Source: an uncultured bacterium
Lineage (GTDB): Bacteria > Margulisbacteria > WOR-1 > CAVSGV01
Direction of reading: 5' to 3'
Assembly: GCA_963699255.1 (NCBI GenBank)
Contig: OY969425.1
Coordinates: forward strand, 360,001 to 392,000
Length of the DNA stretch: 32,000 nucleotides
Below the pieces are notes generated by a model. It made no database searches, had not been told where the DNA came from, and worked only from the letters and a program-made list of their open reading frames with translations. Positions 1 to 9,441 of this stretch are shown piece by piece (the first letter of the stretch is position 1; each line of letters opens with the position of its first letter). The position numbers and the translations under genes were made by a program.

Positions 1-35
1 ACTGGATAAATAATCCCCTGCTCGCTTCACTCGCA

Positions 36-54
36 CCCCCTTTACTAAAGGGGG
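36..54. repeat. Perfect 9-bp inverted repeat CCCCCTTTA-C-TAAAGGGGG in non-coding DNA
   Basis: Direct reading of CCCCCTTTACTAAAGGGGG; resembles small dispersed G/C-run palindromes seen in many environmental genomes. Confidence 0.7.
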
Positions 55-216
55 TAGGGGGATTAAGTCTGCCCCGCCTTTGCCTGCCCCCAATTTTTAT
101 GTTAACTTGAGATCCTGGGATACTTGACATCCTTTCTCTTTCTACATTTTTAACTCAAATTGTGATAAACTTCAGCCAGTTCAAAGATGATCTTATCTTC
201 TCGAAAGCAGGAATTA

Positions 217-2094
217 ATGAAAAGATGTTGCTTCATTCTGCTGGTGGCTTTGTTGTTGCCATTTGAAGCTTTTTGCGCCACGGGATCGATAGATTCCAGT
301 TACACCTATGATTACAGTCAGCCGCCGGAATTCCAGCCAAGCTTGAACAGCCAGTTCACGGCACTTTCCGCTGGAGTTACGGATATTAATGCGAACCCCG
401 CCGGGCTCATGCGGGTCAATACTTTTGAAGTGGCGGTCGGAATAAGCGGATTCGTTCAGAACCCAATAAAAAGCGATGAGAACAATGTTTACGTTGATGA
501 TGTGAATCTGGGCGGAATAGAGAACTCTCCCAATTCAAGGTCTTATATAAGATTTACGGATGACAGGTCCGCCGTGACCGCTGAGTCGAGGCCGATCACG
601 ATCAACGAGGATTACTCGAAGGGCGGCGGGATCAATTTCTTCGGGACGACATACAGGATGTCGGACTGGCTGGCGTTTTCCGTTAGCAGGAAACGCCCTA
701 CAGCGATCGCTTTTAACTATCAGATGCTTACTCCGATCCTCGTGGATGCCAGGGCGGATTTCAGGGGGGCATCGGTCGAAGCCGGGGGACCGGGTAATTA
801 TATTAATTTCAGGAATGACGGCACTATAGAGGTGGTAATCGGCGGAGTAACGATGGCAACGTCGGAGGTTGCCGCCTGGAGCGGGTTCTTGAGCCAGGGT
901 ACGGGCGAAGTGGATTGGGTGGACGGCACTTTTGACAACTCGATAGTGAACCAGGACGGCATTGTCATTTCTGCCGCGGCAAAGACCGGGCCGATCTCCT
1001 GGGGGCTCAATGTTATGCCCATGACCGTTGACATGCAGCTGAACAATGAGGTCTCTGTTGCGAGCGACAGCGGCAATTCCAATGTGATGTTCTATATACC
1101 GAATTTGGATTTCAGTTCGACATTCGACGCCCTGTCCTGGGTGACATACGAGTGCGGGACCCCAACCGGCTACAGGTCTATCGAGGTGGAGACACGCGCC
1201 GGACAGCAGATCGGCAAAGCGCAGATCGCCGGCAAATATTCCGCGTCCCTGACAAGGATGGACCTGGGGATGCAGTGGGATCCTGCGGACTTTATAAGCG
1301 TCGGCGCCGTATACGAGAACTTCAACGGCGCGACATTGGACCTGAAAGGAGTGGAGGTCATACAGGAAGTGGAGCACTGGGTGGACACATCATCCAGAAT
1401 GCCGACCCTTGAGGGGGCGATCTACTGGGATCCGTTCCTCACCGCGCCGACCCATGAAGTTGAAACGGAGAAGACCATAAGGAACGCCTTGAACTTCCAG
1501 CCGATAGAGCTTCCGAGAAAAATAAAGTTCGGAGCGGCGCTCAAGAAACCGATCATTTTTGCGGTGGATTGGGAGCGGTGGATGAATGAGTATGATTTTT
1601 CAAGCGATCCGGGACATCCGGAAACGGCGCATAACATATCTCTGAGCGATATTTCCTTTGTGAAGATCGGCGCTGAAAGCCGGATCATGGCTCTACCCAT
1701 GATAGTGAGGGGAAGCTTGACCGGAATGCTCAAGCCGACGTCGGATGATAAGGCCACTGAAAACAGCATTGATGACCTGTATAAGAACATTCCGATAGTC
1801 CCGGTGGATGGCAATATTTATTTCGGTTTTGGGGTCATGGACGGGGAGTTCGGGTTCGGAGTCGGCGGCGGAGGGCTGCCTTTAATTCAGGCGCTGATGC
1901 TTGACATGTCGTCGATCACAAAGGTATTCTACGCTAATGTTTATTATACAAAGGGGAACTGGCAGGTCAGCTATCTTATGACGATGGACCCGGTGCTGAC
2001 GGGTTTTTCATCTGACATATCAACGACGGCGGGAGAAGAAAGCAATATAAGGCTGATGCAGACCTCCACTTTAAGCTTAGGGTTTAAATTCTGA
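217..2094 (+). CDS. Predicted outer-membrane beta-barrel protein (TraF/PorV-like)
   Basis: ORF 187..2094. The likely start is internal Met11 at 217 (AGGA upstream), followed by signal peptide MKRCCFILLVALLLPFEAFCA. The mature part starts with the motif LSAGVTDINANPAGLMR, typical of PorV/TraF-like barrels, and has alternating strands and a C-terminal aromatic (LGFKF). Confidence 0.7.
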   Translation: MKRCCFILLVALLLPFEAFCATGSIDSSYTYDYSQPPEFQPSLNSQFTALSAGVTDINANPAGLMRVNTFEVAVGISGFVQNPIKSDENNVYVDDVNLGGIENSPNSRSYIRFTDDRSAVTAESRPITINEDYSKGGGINFFGTTYRMSDWLAFSVSRKRPTAIAFNYQMLTPILVDARADFRGASVEAGGPGNYINFRNDGTIEVVIGGVTMATSEVAAWSGFLSQGTGEVDWVDGTFDNSIVNQDGIVISAAAKTGPISWGLNVMPMTVDMQLNNEVSVASDSGNSNVMFYIPNLDFSSTFDALSWVTYECGTPTGYRSIEVETRAGQQIGKAQIAGKYSASLTRMDLGMQWDPADFISVGAVYENFNGATLDLKGVEVIQEVEHWVDTSSRMPTLEGAIYWDPFLTAPTHEVETEKTIRNALNFQPIELPRKIKFGAALKKPIIFAVDWERWMNEYDFSSDPGHPETAHNISLSDISFVKIGAESRIMALPMIVRGSLTGMLKPTSDDKATENSIDDLYKNIPIVPVDGNIYFGFGVMDGEFGFGVGGGGLPLIQALMLDMSSITKVFYANVYYTKGNWQVSYLMTMDPVLTGFSSDISTTAGEESNIRLMQTSTLSLGFKF

Positions 2095-2699
2095 TGAAAA
2101 GTAAAATTATAATAGGATTAACTGGGCCGATAGCATCAGGGAAGAGCACTGTTGCTAAAATGTTGAACAGGCGAGGCGCCTGTGTGATCGACGCCGATAA
2201 GGTGGGCCATCAGGTCATAGCGCCGCAGTCGAAGGCCTGGCACGAAATAATAAAGATCTTCGGCTCTAAAGTGTTGAACAGGGGAGGCGCGGTCAACCGG
2301 AGGAAACTCGCCGGGATGGTTTTTTCAAGCCCGGCCGCTTTGAAGAAGTTGAACAGGATCACTCATCCTGAAATGCGAAAGATAATAAGCGGCGAGATCA
2401 ATGCGGCGAAGCTTTCAGACAAAAAATACATCGTTGTAAATGCGGCCATATTGAATGAAATGAAGCTTATACCTCTCGTAGGTAAGGTTGTTGTGGTTTT
2501 GGCCGGCAAAGCGACACGCATAAAGCGTCTGCTTAGAGCGGGATCATCAAAGCGGGATGCGCTTGCCAGGATAAGGGCCCAGGTTCCCGATGCGCGGTAC
2601 AGGAAAATAGCCGACTTTGTCATTGTGAACGATACAAACACGGAAGACCTTAAACAAAAGGTGAAAAGGATACTTGAAGAATTGAGATCCTGCGACTGA
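2094..2699 (+). CDS. coaE: Dephospho-CoA kinase
   Basis: IGLTGPIASGKSTVAKML P-loop, IDADKVGHQV and ITHPEMRK motifs; TGATG overlap with the upstream gene. Confidence 0.93.
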   Translation: MKSKIIIGLTGPIASGKSTVAKMLNRRGACVIDADKVGHQVIAPQSKAWHEIIKIFGSKVLNRGGAVNRRKLAGMVFSSPAALKKLNRITHPEMRKIISGEINAAKLSDKKYIVVNAAILNEMKLIPLVGKVVVVLAGKATRIKRLLRAGSSKRDALARIRAQVPDARYRKIADFVIVNDTNTEDLKQKVKRILEELRSCD

Positions 2700-2836
2700 A
2701 CCTGCCCGCAATGCTAGCCCGCCCGCCAGCCGAGCAAGGCGAGGCGGCCAGGGCGCGTGCGTTGCAGGCGGGTGTCGCGGCTCCAATAAAGTATATGCGT
2801 GTGGCTAAATCAGAGTATAACCATGAAAAATAAAAC

Positions 2837-2864
2837 GGAGCCGAGGCGTTTAGCCTCAGGCTCC
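2837..2864 (+). promoter_or_regulatory. Hairpin immediately upstream of the uvrB Shine-Dalgarno
   Basis: GGAGCC-GAGGC / GTTTA loop / GCCTC-(A)-GGCTCC, followed by SD AGGAG (2866-2870) and TTG start at 2876. Confidence 0.5.
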
Positions 2865-2875
2865 TAGGAGCTTCT

Positions 2876-4843
2876 TTGAGCAATTTCAAGATAGTATCGG
2901 ATTATAAGCCGTCCGGCGATCAGCCGAAAGCGATAAAGGAGCTTTCCGAAGGTCTCCTGGCCGGAGAGAAAGAGCAGACGCTGCTGGGCGTCACCGGATC
3001 GGGGAAAACGTTCACTATCGCGAACGTGATCGAGCGCGTGCAGAGGCCGACTCTTGTCATATCGCACAATAAGACCCTCGCCGCTCAGCTGTGCCAGGAG
3101 TTCAGGAGCTATTTTCCGAACAATGCCGTGGAGTATTTCGTTTCTTTCTATGATTATTACCAGCCCGAGGCATATATCCCTACCACGGATACATATATTG
3201 AAAAAGATTCCGCCATAAACGAAGAGATCGACCGGTTGAGGCATTCGGCCACGATGTCCCTTTTTGAGAGACGCGACGTCATCGTCATCGCTTCGGTGTC
3301 ATGCATATACGGGCTCGGCACTCCAGCTGATTACTTGAAAGCCATGCTTCACCTGCAGGTCGGGGAAACCCATAAAAGGGAAGATATTCTCCGGCAACTT
3401 GTCGAGATGAAGTATGAGAGGAACGATGTGGACCTGACCAGGGGGCGTTTCAGGGTGAGGGGAAATGTGGTTGAGATCTGTCCCGCATACGAGAAAAACA
3501 TCCTACGGCTCGAAATATTCGAAGATGTTCTTGAAAAGATATATGAGCTGGACCCTGTGACTGGCGAGGTGCTCAGCAAAAAAGAAAGCATCGGAATATA
3601 TCCCGGGACCCATTACGTTACGTTCAGGGACAGGCTTGACGGCACCATCGAGTCAATCAAGAAGGAGCTTGAGCTGCGCCTGGCCGAGCTGAACGCCCAG
3701 AATAAGCTTCTGGAGGCTCAGAGACTTGAACAGAGGACAAAGTATGACATTGAAATGATAACGGAGATGGGATACTGCAGCGGCATTGAGAACTATTCCA
3801 GGCACCTTGACGGAAGGGCTCCGGGGCAGCCGCCGGGGACGCTTCTTGATTATTTTCCAAAGGACTTTCTGATGATAATTGACGAGTCCCACGTTACGCT
3901 TCCACAGGTCAGGGGAATGTACGAAGGGGACAAGGCGAGGAAGAAAGTCCTTGTTGAATATGGTTTCAGGCTGCCCTCAGCTTTGGACAACAGGCCGCTT
4001 AACTTTAATGAATTCAGCCGGCACATAAACCAGGTCATATATGTTTCCGCTACGCCCTCTCCTTATGAGATCCAGAGGTCGTCAAGGGTCGTTGAACAGA
4101 TAATCAGGCCGACGGGACTTATCGATCCGGAGGTCGTTGTAAAGCCCACAAAGGGGCAGATGGATGACCTGCTTGCGGAGATAAAGACCGTGATAAAAAG
4201 GAAAGAAAGGGTGCTTGTCACGACGCTTACGAAAAGGATGGCTGAGGACATCGCGGAATTCATGAGCGAGAAAGGGTTGAAGGTAAGATACCTGCACTCG
4301 GATGTGGAAACGCTCGACAGGATCGATATCCTGAGAGGGCTAAGGCTTGGGGAATTCGACGTCCTTGTGGGGATAAACCTTCTCCGCGAAGGACTTGATT
4401 TGCCAGAAGTTTCCCTTGTTGCTATACTTGATGCGGATAAAGAAGGGTTTCTCAGGGCTGAAACGTCCCTGATACAGACGATCGGCAGGGCCGCGAGGAA
4501 TATATCGGGAAGGGTCATTCTTTACGGCGATGAGATCACACGATCGATGAGCAAGGCCCTGCTCGAGACGAACAGGCGCAGAAAGATCCAGCTTGAATAC
4601 AATAAGAAGCATGGGATCAAGCCCAAGACCATCGTGAAAGATATCAAGGACATAAACGAGAATATCAGACTTGTGAAGAAGGAAGAAATCAATAAACTTA
4701 AGCAGTTCGTTCCGAAGGATGAGCTGCCCGGACTGATAAGGATAATGGAAGAGGACATGCTGGCTGCCGCTACGGCGCTTGAGTTCGAGAGAGCGGCGGA
4801 GATAAGGGACAAGATATCCGCGTTGAAGGAGGCATTTAAATGA
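2876..4843 (+). CDS. uvrB: UvrABC system protein B (excinuclease subunit B)
   Basis: [36 protein letters not shown], beta-hairpin, C-terminal UVR domain; TTG start with AGGAG SD. Confidence 0.97.
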   Translation: MSNFKIVSDYKPSGDQPKAIKELSEGLLAGEKEQTLLGVTGSGKTFTIANVIERVQRPTLVISHNKTLAAQLCQEFRSYFPNNAVEYFVSFYDYYQPEAYIPTTDTYIEKDSAINEEIDRLRHSATMSLFERRDVIVIASVSCIYGLGTPADYLKAMLHLQVGETHKREDILRQLVEMKYERNDVDLTRGRFRVRGNVVEICPAYEKNILRLEIFEDVLEKIYELDPVTGEVLSKKESIGIYPGTHYVTFRDRLDGTIESIKKELELRLAELNAQNKLLEAQRLEQRTKYDIEMITEMGYCSGIENYSRHLDGRAPGQPPGTLLDYFPKDFLMIIDESHVTLPQVRGMYEGDKARKKVLVEYGFRLPSALDNRPLNFNEFSRHINQVIYVSATPSPYEIQRSSRVVEQIIRPTGLIDPEVVVKPTKGQMDDLLAEIKTVIKRKERVLVTTLTKRMAEDIAEFMSEKGLKVRYLHSDVETLDRIDILRGLRLGEFDVLVGINLLREGLDLPEVSLVAILDADKEGFLRAETSLIQTIGRAARNISGRVILYGDEITRSMSKALLETNRRRKIQLEYNKKHGIKPKTIVKDIKDINENIRLVKKEEINKLKQFVPKDELPGLIRIMEEDMLAAATALEFERAAEIRDKISALKEAFK

Positions 4844-5721
4844 CCGATTTTGGAATGGTTATAACGGCAATGGTTTCGCCATTTAAGCCGGACGGCTCAA
4901 TGGACTATAAAAGGGCCGCGGAGCTGGCCAATTACCTGGCTGAGAACGGTTCAGATGGCGTTGTTGTTCATGGCACTACAGGGGAATCTCCGACCCTTAC
5001 TCATGAAGAAGAGTACGAGCTTTACCGGGTCGTGAAAAAAGCCGTCGGCGGAAAGATCAAAGTGATCGCCGGAACAGGATCGAATTCAACCGCGACCTCC
5101 ATCAAATCGACCAGGGAAGCCGAGAAAATAGGCGTGGACGGGCTGATGATAGTTGTCCCTTATTACAATAAACCGTCGCAGGAAGGGATGTACCAGCATT
5201 TCAAAGCCGTTGCGCGGTCAACCGGCCTGCCGATCATTATTTATAATATCATTGGGCGGACCGGTGTTAATATGACGGCCGATACCGTGGCGCGACTTGC
5301 AGAAATAAAAAACATCGCCGGAATAAAAGAGGCAAGCGGGATAATGGAACAGGTCTCGGAGATCAGGCAGAAAACCCCGAAAGAGTTCATGATATACAGC
5401 GGGGACGACGATAAAACAATGGAAATAATGAAAAGGGGTGGATGCGGGATCATAAGCGTAGCTTCCCACATTGCCGGCAAAGAGATAAAAAAAATGTGCG
5501 AGGCTTACCGGTCGGGCAGGATCGATGAGGCCGAAAAAATAAACGCAAGGCTTTCTCCTTTGTTCAAAGTGCTTTTCATAACGTCTAACCCGACTCCTGT
5601 AAAAGCCGCGCTTGCGATGATAGGCCAGCCTGTGGGAGGCCTTCGTCTGCCTCTGATCGAGGCGAACGAATCCGAAAAGGCGCAGATCAGGCAGGTTTTA
5701 AAAGACCTAAAGCTTATATGA
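4840..5721 (+). CDS. dapA: 4-hydroxy-tetrahydrodipicolinate synthase
   Basis: [47 protein letters not shown]; 4-bp ATGA overlap with uvrB. Confidence 0.93.
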   Translation: MTDFGMVITAMVSPFKPDGSMDYKRAAELANYLAENGSDGVVVHGTTGESPTLTHEEEYELYRVVKKAVGGKIKVIAGTGSNSTATSIKSTREAEKIGVDGLMIVVPYYNKPSQEGMYQHFKAVARSTGLPIIIYNIIGRTGVNMTADTVARLAEIKNIAGIKEASGIMEQVSEIRQKTPKEFMIYSGDDDKTMEIMKRGGCGIISVASHIAGKEIKKMCEAYRSGRIDEAEKINARLSPLFKVLFITSNPTPVKAALAMIGQPVGGLRLPLIEANESEKAQIRQVLKDLKLI

Positions 5722-6266
5722 AAAAGGTCCTTCTTCACACCTGTTGCGCCCCGTGCTTATCTGGAGCAAATCAGGCTTTCGCGAAAGAAGATCTTGATGT
5801 GACCGGATATTTTTACAATCCGAACATTCATCCGAAGGTCGAGCTTGATAAACGTATTGAAGCTTTGCGCATTTATTCGGATATAAAGAAGTTCAATGCG
5901 ATAATCATAGACAGCTATGACCTTGAATTATTCAAAAGTGATGTTGTCGATCGGGCTGGCGAGAGGTGCTTTAACTGTTACAGATTTCGTCTTAACGCGG
6001 CCGCTGATTATGCCGGCCGGAATGGGTTCGATTGTTTTTCCACCACGCTCTTGATCAGTCCCTATCAGAAACACGATTTGGTGAGGGCTGCCGGCGAAGA
6101 GGTATCAAAACAATATGGGATGGAATTTTATTACAGAGATATGACACCTTTTTACCAGGAGTCGATCAGGATATCAAAAGCTATGGGGCTTTACAGGCAG
6201 AGATATTGCGGCTGTTATATTAGCAAGGAGATCAAAAATGAGCAAGTTGCTGTCGCTTCTATGTAA
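5718..6266 (+). CDS. queH: Epoxyqueuosine reductase QueH (DUF208)
   Basis: LLHTCCAPC, FYNPNIHP, ERCFNCYRFRL, CFSTTLLISPYQKHD, YCGC cysteine motifs. Confidence 0.93.
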   Translation: MKKVLLHTCCAPCLSGANQAFAKEDLDVTGYFYNPNIHPKVELDKRIEALRIYSDIKKFNAIIIDSYDLELFKSDVVDRAGERCFNCYRFRLNAAADYAGRNGFDCFSTTLLISPYQKHDLVRAAGEEVSKQYGMEFYYRDMTPFYQESIRISKAMGLYRQRYCGCYISKEIKNEQVAVASM

Positions 6267-6885
6267 GGAGCCTTTGACCCTCATTGTAAGGCTTTCCGAT
6301 ACTTCGGTGGAAATGGCAAGAGCTGCTGAAGAAGGCGGGGCTGATGCCGTTTGCGCTGATTTTTCAGGGGGTAAGGATACGGTCGAACAAATAATTGGAT
6401 CGGTGAAGGTTCCCGTCGGGATATCGGTGGAAGAAAATGCTTTAACAGATGCTGACATTAAACAATTTCAGAAGATCGGTCTTGATTTCATTGATTTTCC
6501 TTTGGGAGGCATCCCGGAGAGCGTGCTTAAGTCGGGCGGTTTCGGGAGGATCCTGGTTCTCGGCCCGGATTACGACGCTCTTGACCTGACCAGATTATCG
6601 GATAAACCGATCGACGGCTTGGATGCCGCGATAACCCTGAAAGAAGAATGGGGAAAGGCCCTTACAGTTGGCGATATTCAACAGCTGATCACGATCACTA
6701 TGTCGACCACGCTTCCCGTCATAGTCCCCACCCAAAAGACCATAAGGGCGAGCGAAGTACCCATTATATGGGATACCGGTGCGAAGGGGATAATGATAGG
6801 GGAAACTGTAACAGGTGGGACGCCCGCCTCACTGAAAGCCGTAACCAAGGAGTTCAGATCGGCGATAGAGGCACTTAAAGAATGA
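6238..6885 (+). CDS. Uncharacterised TIM-barrel-like protein (possible phosphate-binding barrel)
   Basis: Repeated beta/alpha pattern, (ARAAEEGGADAVCADFSGG ... GAKGIMIGETVTGG); AAGGAG SD at about 6224; overlaps the queH 3' end by 29 bp. Confidence 0.6.
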   Translation: MSKLLSLLCKEPLTLIVRLSDTSVEMARAAEEGGADAVCADFSGGKDTVEQIIGSVKVPVGISVEENALTDADIKQFQKIGLDFIDFPLGGIPESVLKSGGFGRILVLGPDYDALDLTRLSDKPIDGLDAAITLKEEWGKALTVGDIQQLITITMSTTLPVIVPTQKTIRASEVPIIWDTGAKGIMIGETVTGGTPASLKAVTKEFRSAIEALKE

Positions 6886-7628
6886 AAAGAGTATTATCCT
6901 TATTCGTAATATTCTTTGTTTCATTACAGATAACATGTTACTCTGCCAGGTTCTCTTTCGCTGTTTTCGGGGACAACAGGGACGGAGATGCCTCCTTCAT
7001 GAAGATCATACAAATGGTGAACAATGACAGTGATATTAAATTCGCGATCAACACGGGTGACTTGACCCCTAACGGCTCAAATTCTGAATACGATAAATAC
7101 TGGCAGATGTGCAGATCCTGCCGTGTAAAGATATATGATGTCATCGGCAACCATGACCTTGGTTTTTTAAGCGGCGGGCTGAATATCTTCAAGAAGAAAT
7201 ACGGGGAGACTTATTATTATTTTGATCGCGACAACGTTAGATTCATTATTCTCGACAATTCCAGAACAATAGGCATGGGCAAAAAGCAATTCGATTGGCT
7301 TAAAGGGATCCTGGATACAAAAAAAACAAAGCTGGTATTTATCCATAAGCCGCTGTTCGATCCTACGGGCACGTATCCGGCGCACGTAATGACGCCTTGG
7401 ACGGAGAATAAAGAACTGGAAAAATTGTTGGTAAAAGAACGAGTAAGTTATTTGTTTGCCGGCCATATTCACGGCTATGGCAGGGAGGAGAAGGATGGGG
7501 TGATATATGTCGTCACCGCCGGCGCCGGAGCTCCGCTTTATTTGCCGTCCTTTGGCGGCGGATACTTCCATTATGTAAAGGTTACAGTCGACGGATCTAA
7601 AATAACCGATGAGGTGGTTAAAATATAA
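6882..7628 (+). CDS. Secreted metallophosphoesterase (calcineurin-like)
   Basis: Signal peptide, then VFGDNRDGD, NTGDLTP, IGNHD, FIHKPLF, FAGHIHGY metal-binding motifs. Confidence 0.9.
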   Translation: MKRVLSLFVIFFVSLQITCYSARFSFAVFGDNRDGDASFMKIIQMVNNDSDIKFAINTGDLTPNGSNSEYDKYWQMCRSCRVKIYDVIGNHDLGFLSGGLNIFKKKYGETYYYFDRDNVRFIILDNSRTIGMGKKQFDWLKGILDTKKTKLVFIHKPLFDPTGTYPAHVMTPWTENKELEKLLVKERVSYLFAGHIHGYGREEKDGVIYVVTAGAGAPLYLPSFGGGYFHYVKVTVDGSKITDEVVKI

Positions 7629-8477
7629 ATGGCTAAGTTTATTAAATGGTTTTTGGTGTTTGTTTCTTTAACGGTAATATCAAACGCCGCGTTTGCCGCT
7701 GATAAGCCGTTAGTTTCTGTCGTTAAGGGCACAAGCATCGAAGCATCAGTAAGAAAAGCGATCGATCTTATCGGCGGCATGTCCGGCAAGGTAAAGAAAA
7801 ATGACAGGGTCATAATCAAGGTCTCGCTTGATGAAGCAAAACCTTCCGGATCGGGTCTTGTCACCAACGTTGAAGTGGTAAGGGCGATCGTAAAGATCGT
7901 CAAGGAAGCTGGGGCAAGGCGGATCACTATCGCGGACGGCTCTCTAAAGGCCAACACCTGGAAAGCGTTCGAAGCCGCCGGGTACGATAAAATGGCGAAA
8001 GAAGAAGGCGTTGTCCTTAAGGATATGAACTCGGACTATATATGGAGGGCGTGGCTTCCCGAAGGTGACTATCAATATAAAAAATACAGCGTATCTTTAA
8101 TGGTCCTTAACTGTGAAGTGTTCATAAATGTTCCTGTCGTCAAGCTTGCTGATGAGGCTTCCCCCTCGCTCTCTTTGAAGAACCTTTTGGGGATCATGTC
8201 TGATAGATGGGTAAAGAGGCGTCTCCCTACAGCGGAAGCGCTGGATGATCTCATAGTTGACATGAACTCGGTAAGGCAAAGCGACCTTGTGGTGATCGAC
8301 GGAACGGATTATGGCAACATGATAATTGCCGGCGATAACCCCGTTTCCACCGACAGCGTTGCTCTGAGGATGCTGAAGCTTGATCCGGATAGGATAGGTT
8401 ACATTAAACTTGCGGAGAGCAGGGGATTAGGAAAAAGCAGCGCTTCGCAAATCGAAGTAAAAAGCGAAAAGTTGTAG
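7629..8477 (+). CDS. DUF362-domain protein with signal peptide
   Basis: VKKNDRVIIKVSLDEAKPSGSGLVTNVEVVRAIVKIVKEAGARRITIADGS; N-terminal signal peptide MAKFIKWFLVFVSLTVISNAAFA. Only one cysteine, so no Fe-S ligand set. Confidence 0.75.
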   Translation: MAKFIKWFLVFVSLTVISNAAFAADKPLVSVVKGTSIEASVRKAIDLIGGMSGKVKKNDRVIIKVSLDEAKPSGSGLVTNVEVVRAIVKIVKEAGARRITIADGSLKANTWKAFEAAGYDKMAKEEGVVLKDMNSDYIWRAWLPEGDYQYKKYSVSLMVLNCEVFINVPVVKLADEASPSLSLKNLLGIMSDRWVKRRLPTAEALDDLIVDMNSVRQSDLVVIDGTDYGNMIIAGDNPVSTDSVALRMLKLDPDRIGYIKLAESRGLGKSSASQIEVKSEKL

Positions 8478-8591
8478 TAATATCCGCAAAAAGCTTGATT
8501 TCTAATAATTCAATTAACACCACCCAAAACATGCAAGTATTTGCCGATTTATCTCGATAAATATATATAGGTAGAAAAGGAGATAAATTCA

Positions 8592-9377
8592 TTGACAGGT
8601 ATTAATAATATTCATAATGGCCTGGTGACAACTATTGGGGGGACAAAAACCTCCGTTGAAAAACTGGCTAAACAGAAAGAGAATGATCTTGACCAGTTCT
8701 CTGTAACCATTATTCCTGGCACGACCACTGCGAAAGTGCTTGGAGCACAGCTTGCGTGTTTGGGAATAAAAAGCGTTACTATAGAAGCGTTAGAGAAAAT
8801 TGCAGGCGTCGATAAAGTATTTGATAAAAATGAGATAATTCCACTTGATGACTACTTAGACAAGGAATTTGCTCTTTGGGGGATGCAAAAGTCAGGGATC
8901 GTTATTGATGATTGGATTAAGGAAAATCTTATTACAGATAAAGCCAAAGACCCGGATTATATTGGCGCATTAATAGAATTGCAGAAGTCAGGGATTAAGG
9001 TCAACGGCTTACTTATTGATTCTCTTTCTTTGGATAAAGGCCAGGATAAGGATTATATAAGCGCATTAATAGAGATAAAGAAAGGCGGAGTTGAGATATC
9101 CGCATCAATGGTCATTCATCTTGCTCGTGAGACAGCAAAAGACCCGGGCTATCGTCATTTGCTGATAGAGGACAAGGGTGATTTTAACAGGGCTGATATG
9201 GATTATATAAAGAAATATTTTATGGAGCATGCAAAAGGGAAAAAAGAAGAAGAGATCAATTCCGAGGTCAATAATCTTGATAGTTTGACAAGGCTCTACA
9301 TGGATAATTATAACACGGCTTTAGGACAGATCGTCCTTCAACGCATAACGCACATATCGCAATCAGATAAGAAATAA
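8592..9377 (+). CDS. Orphan protein with three 32-aa internal repeats
   Basis: TTG start preceded by AAAGGAG SD. Repeats start at residues 99, 131 and 163 (QKSGI.V.. / QKSGIKV.. / KKGGVEI..). No family recognised. Confidence 0.7.
   Translation: MTGINNIHNGLVTTIGGTKTSVEKLAKQKENDLDQFSVTIIPGTTTAKVLGAQLACLGIKSVTIEALEKIAGVDKVFDKNEIIPLDDYLDKEFALWGMQKSGIVIDDWIKENLITDKAKDPDYIGALIELQKSGIKVNGLLIDSLSLDKGQDKDYISALIEIKKGGVEISASMVIHLARETAKDPGYRHLLIEDKGDFNRADMDYIKKYFMEHAKGKKEEEINSEVNNLDSLTRLYMDNYNTALGQIVLQRITHISQSDKK
8886..9173 (+). repeat. Three tandem 96-nt coding repeats (32 aa each)
   Basis: CAAAAGTCAGGGATC (8886) and CAGAAGTCAGGGATT (8982), with a third diverged copy at 9078; protein period exactly 32 aa. 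Confidence 0.75.
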
Positions 9378-9423
9378 CACCGCTTTGGTTGCATCCGCTC
9401 TTAATGACGACATCTTCATTTTA

Positions 9424-9432
9424 TGCTAAAAT
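9424..9432 (+). promoter_or_regulatory. Candidate extended -10 (TGC-TAAAAT) for dnaE
   Basis: TGCTAAAAT ending 9 nt before the ATG at 9442; no Shine-Dalgarno; no good -35. Confidence 0.4.
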
Positions 9433-9441
9433 GGTCCCATT

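Noticed and set aside
535-1377. 280-aa minus-strand ORF opposite the outer-membrane protein gene
   Set aside because: The plus-strand ORF has a signal peptide and barrel motifs; the antisense product is arginine/histidine/proline rich with no domain signature.
8548-8561. Small palindrome TTTATC-TC-GATAAA upstream of the orphan repeat protein
   Set aside because: Short AT-rich symmetry is expected by chance in this intergenic region and has no adjoining promoter geometry I could support.
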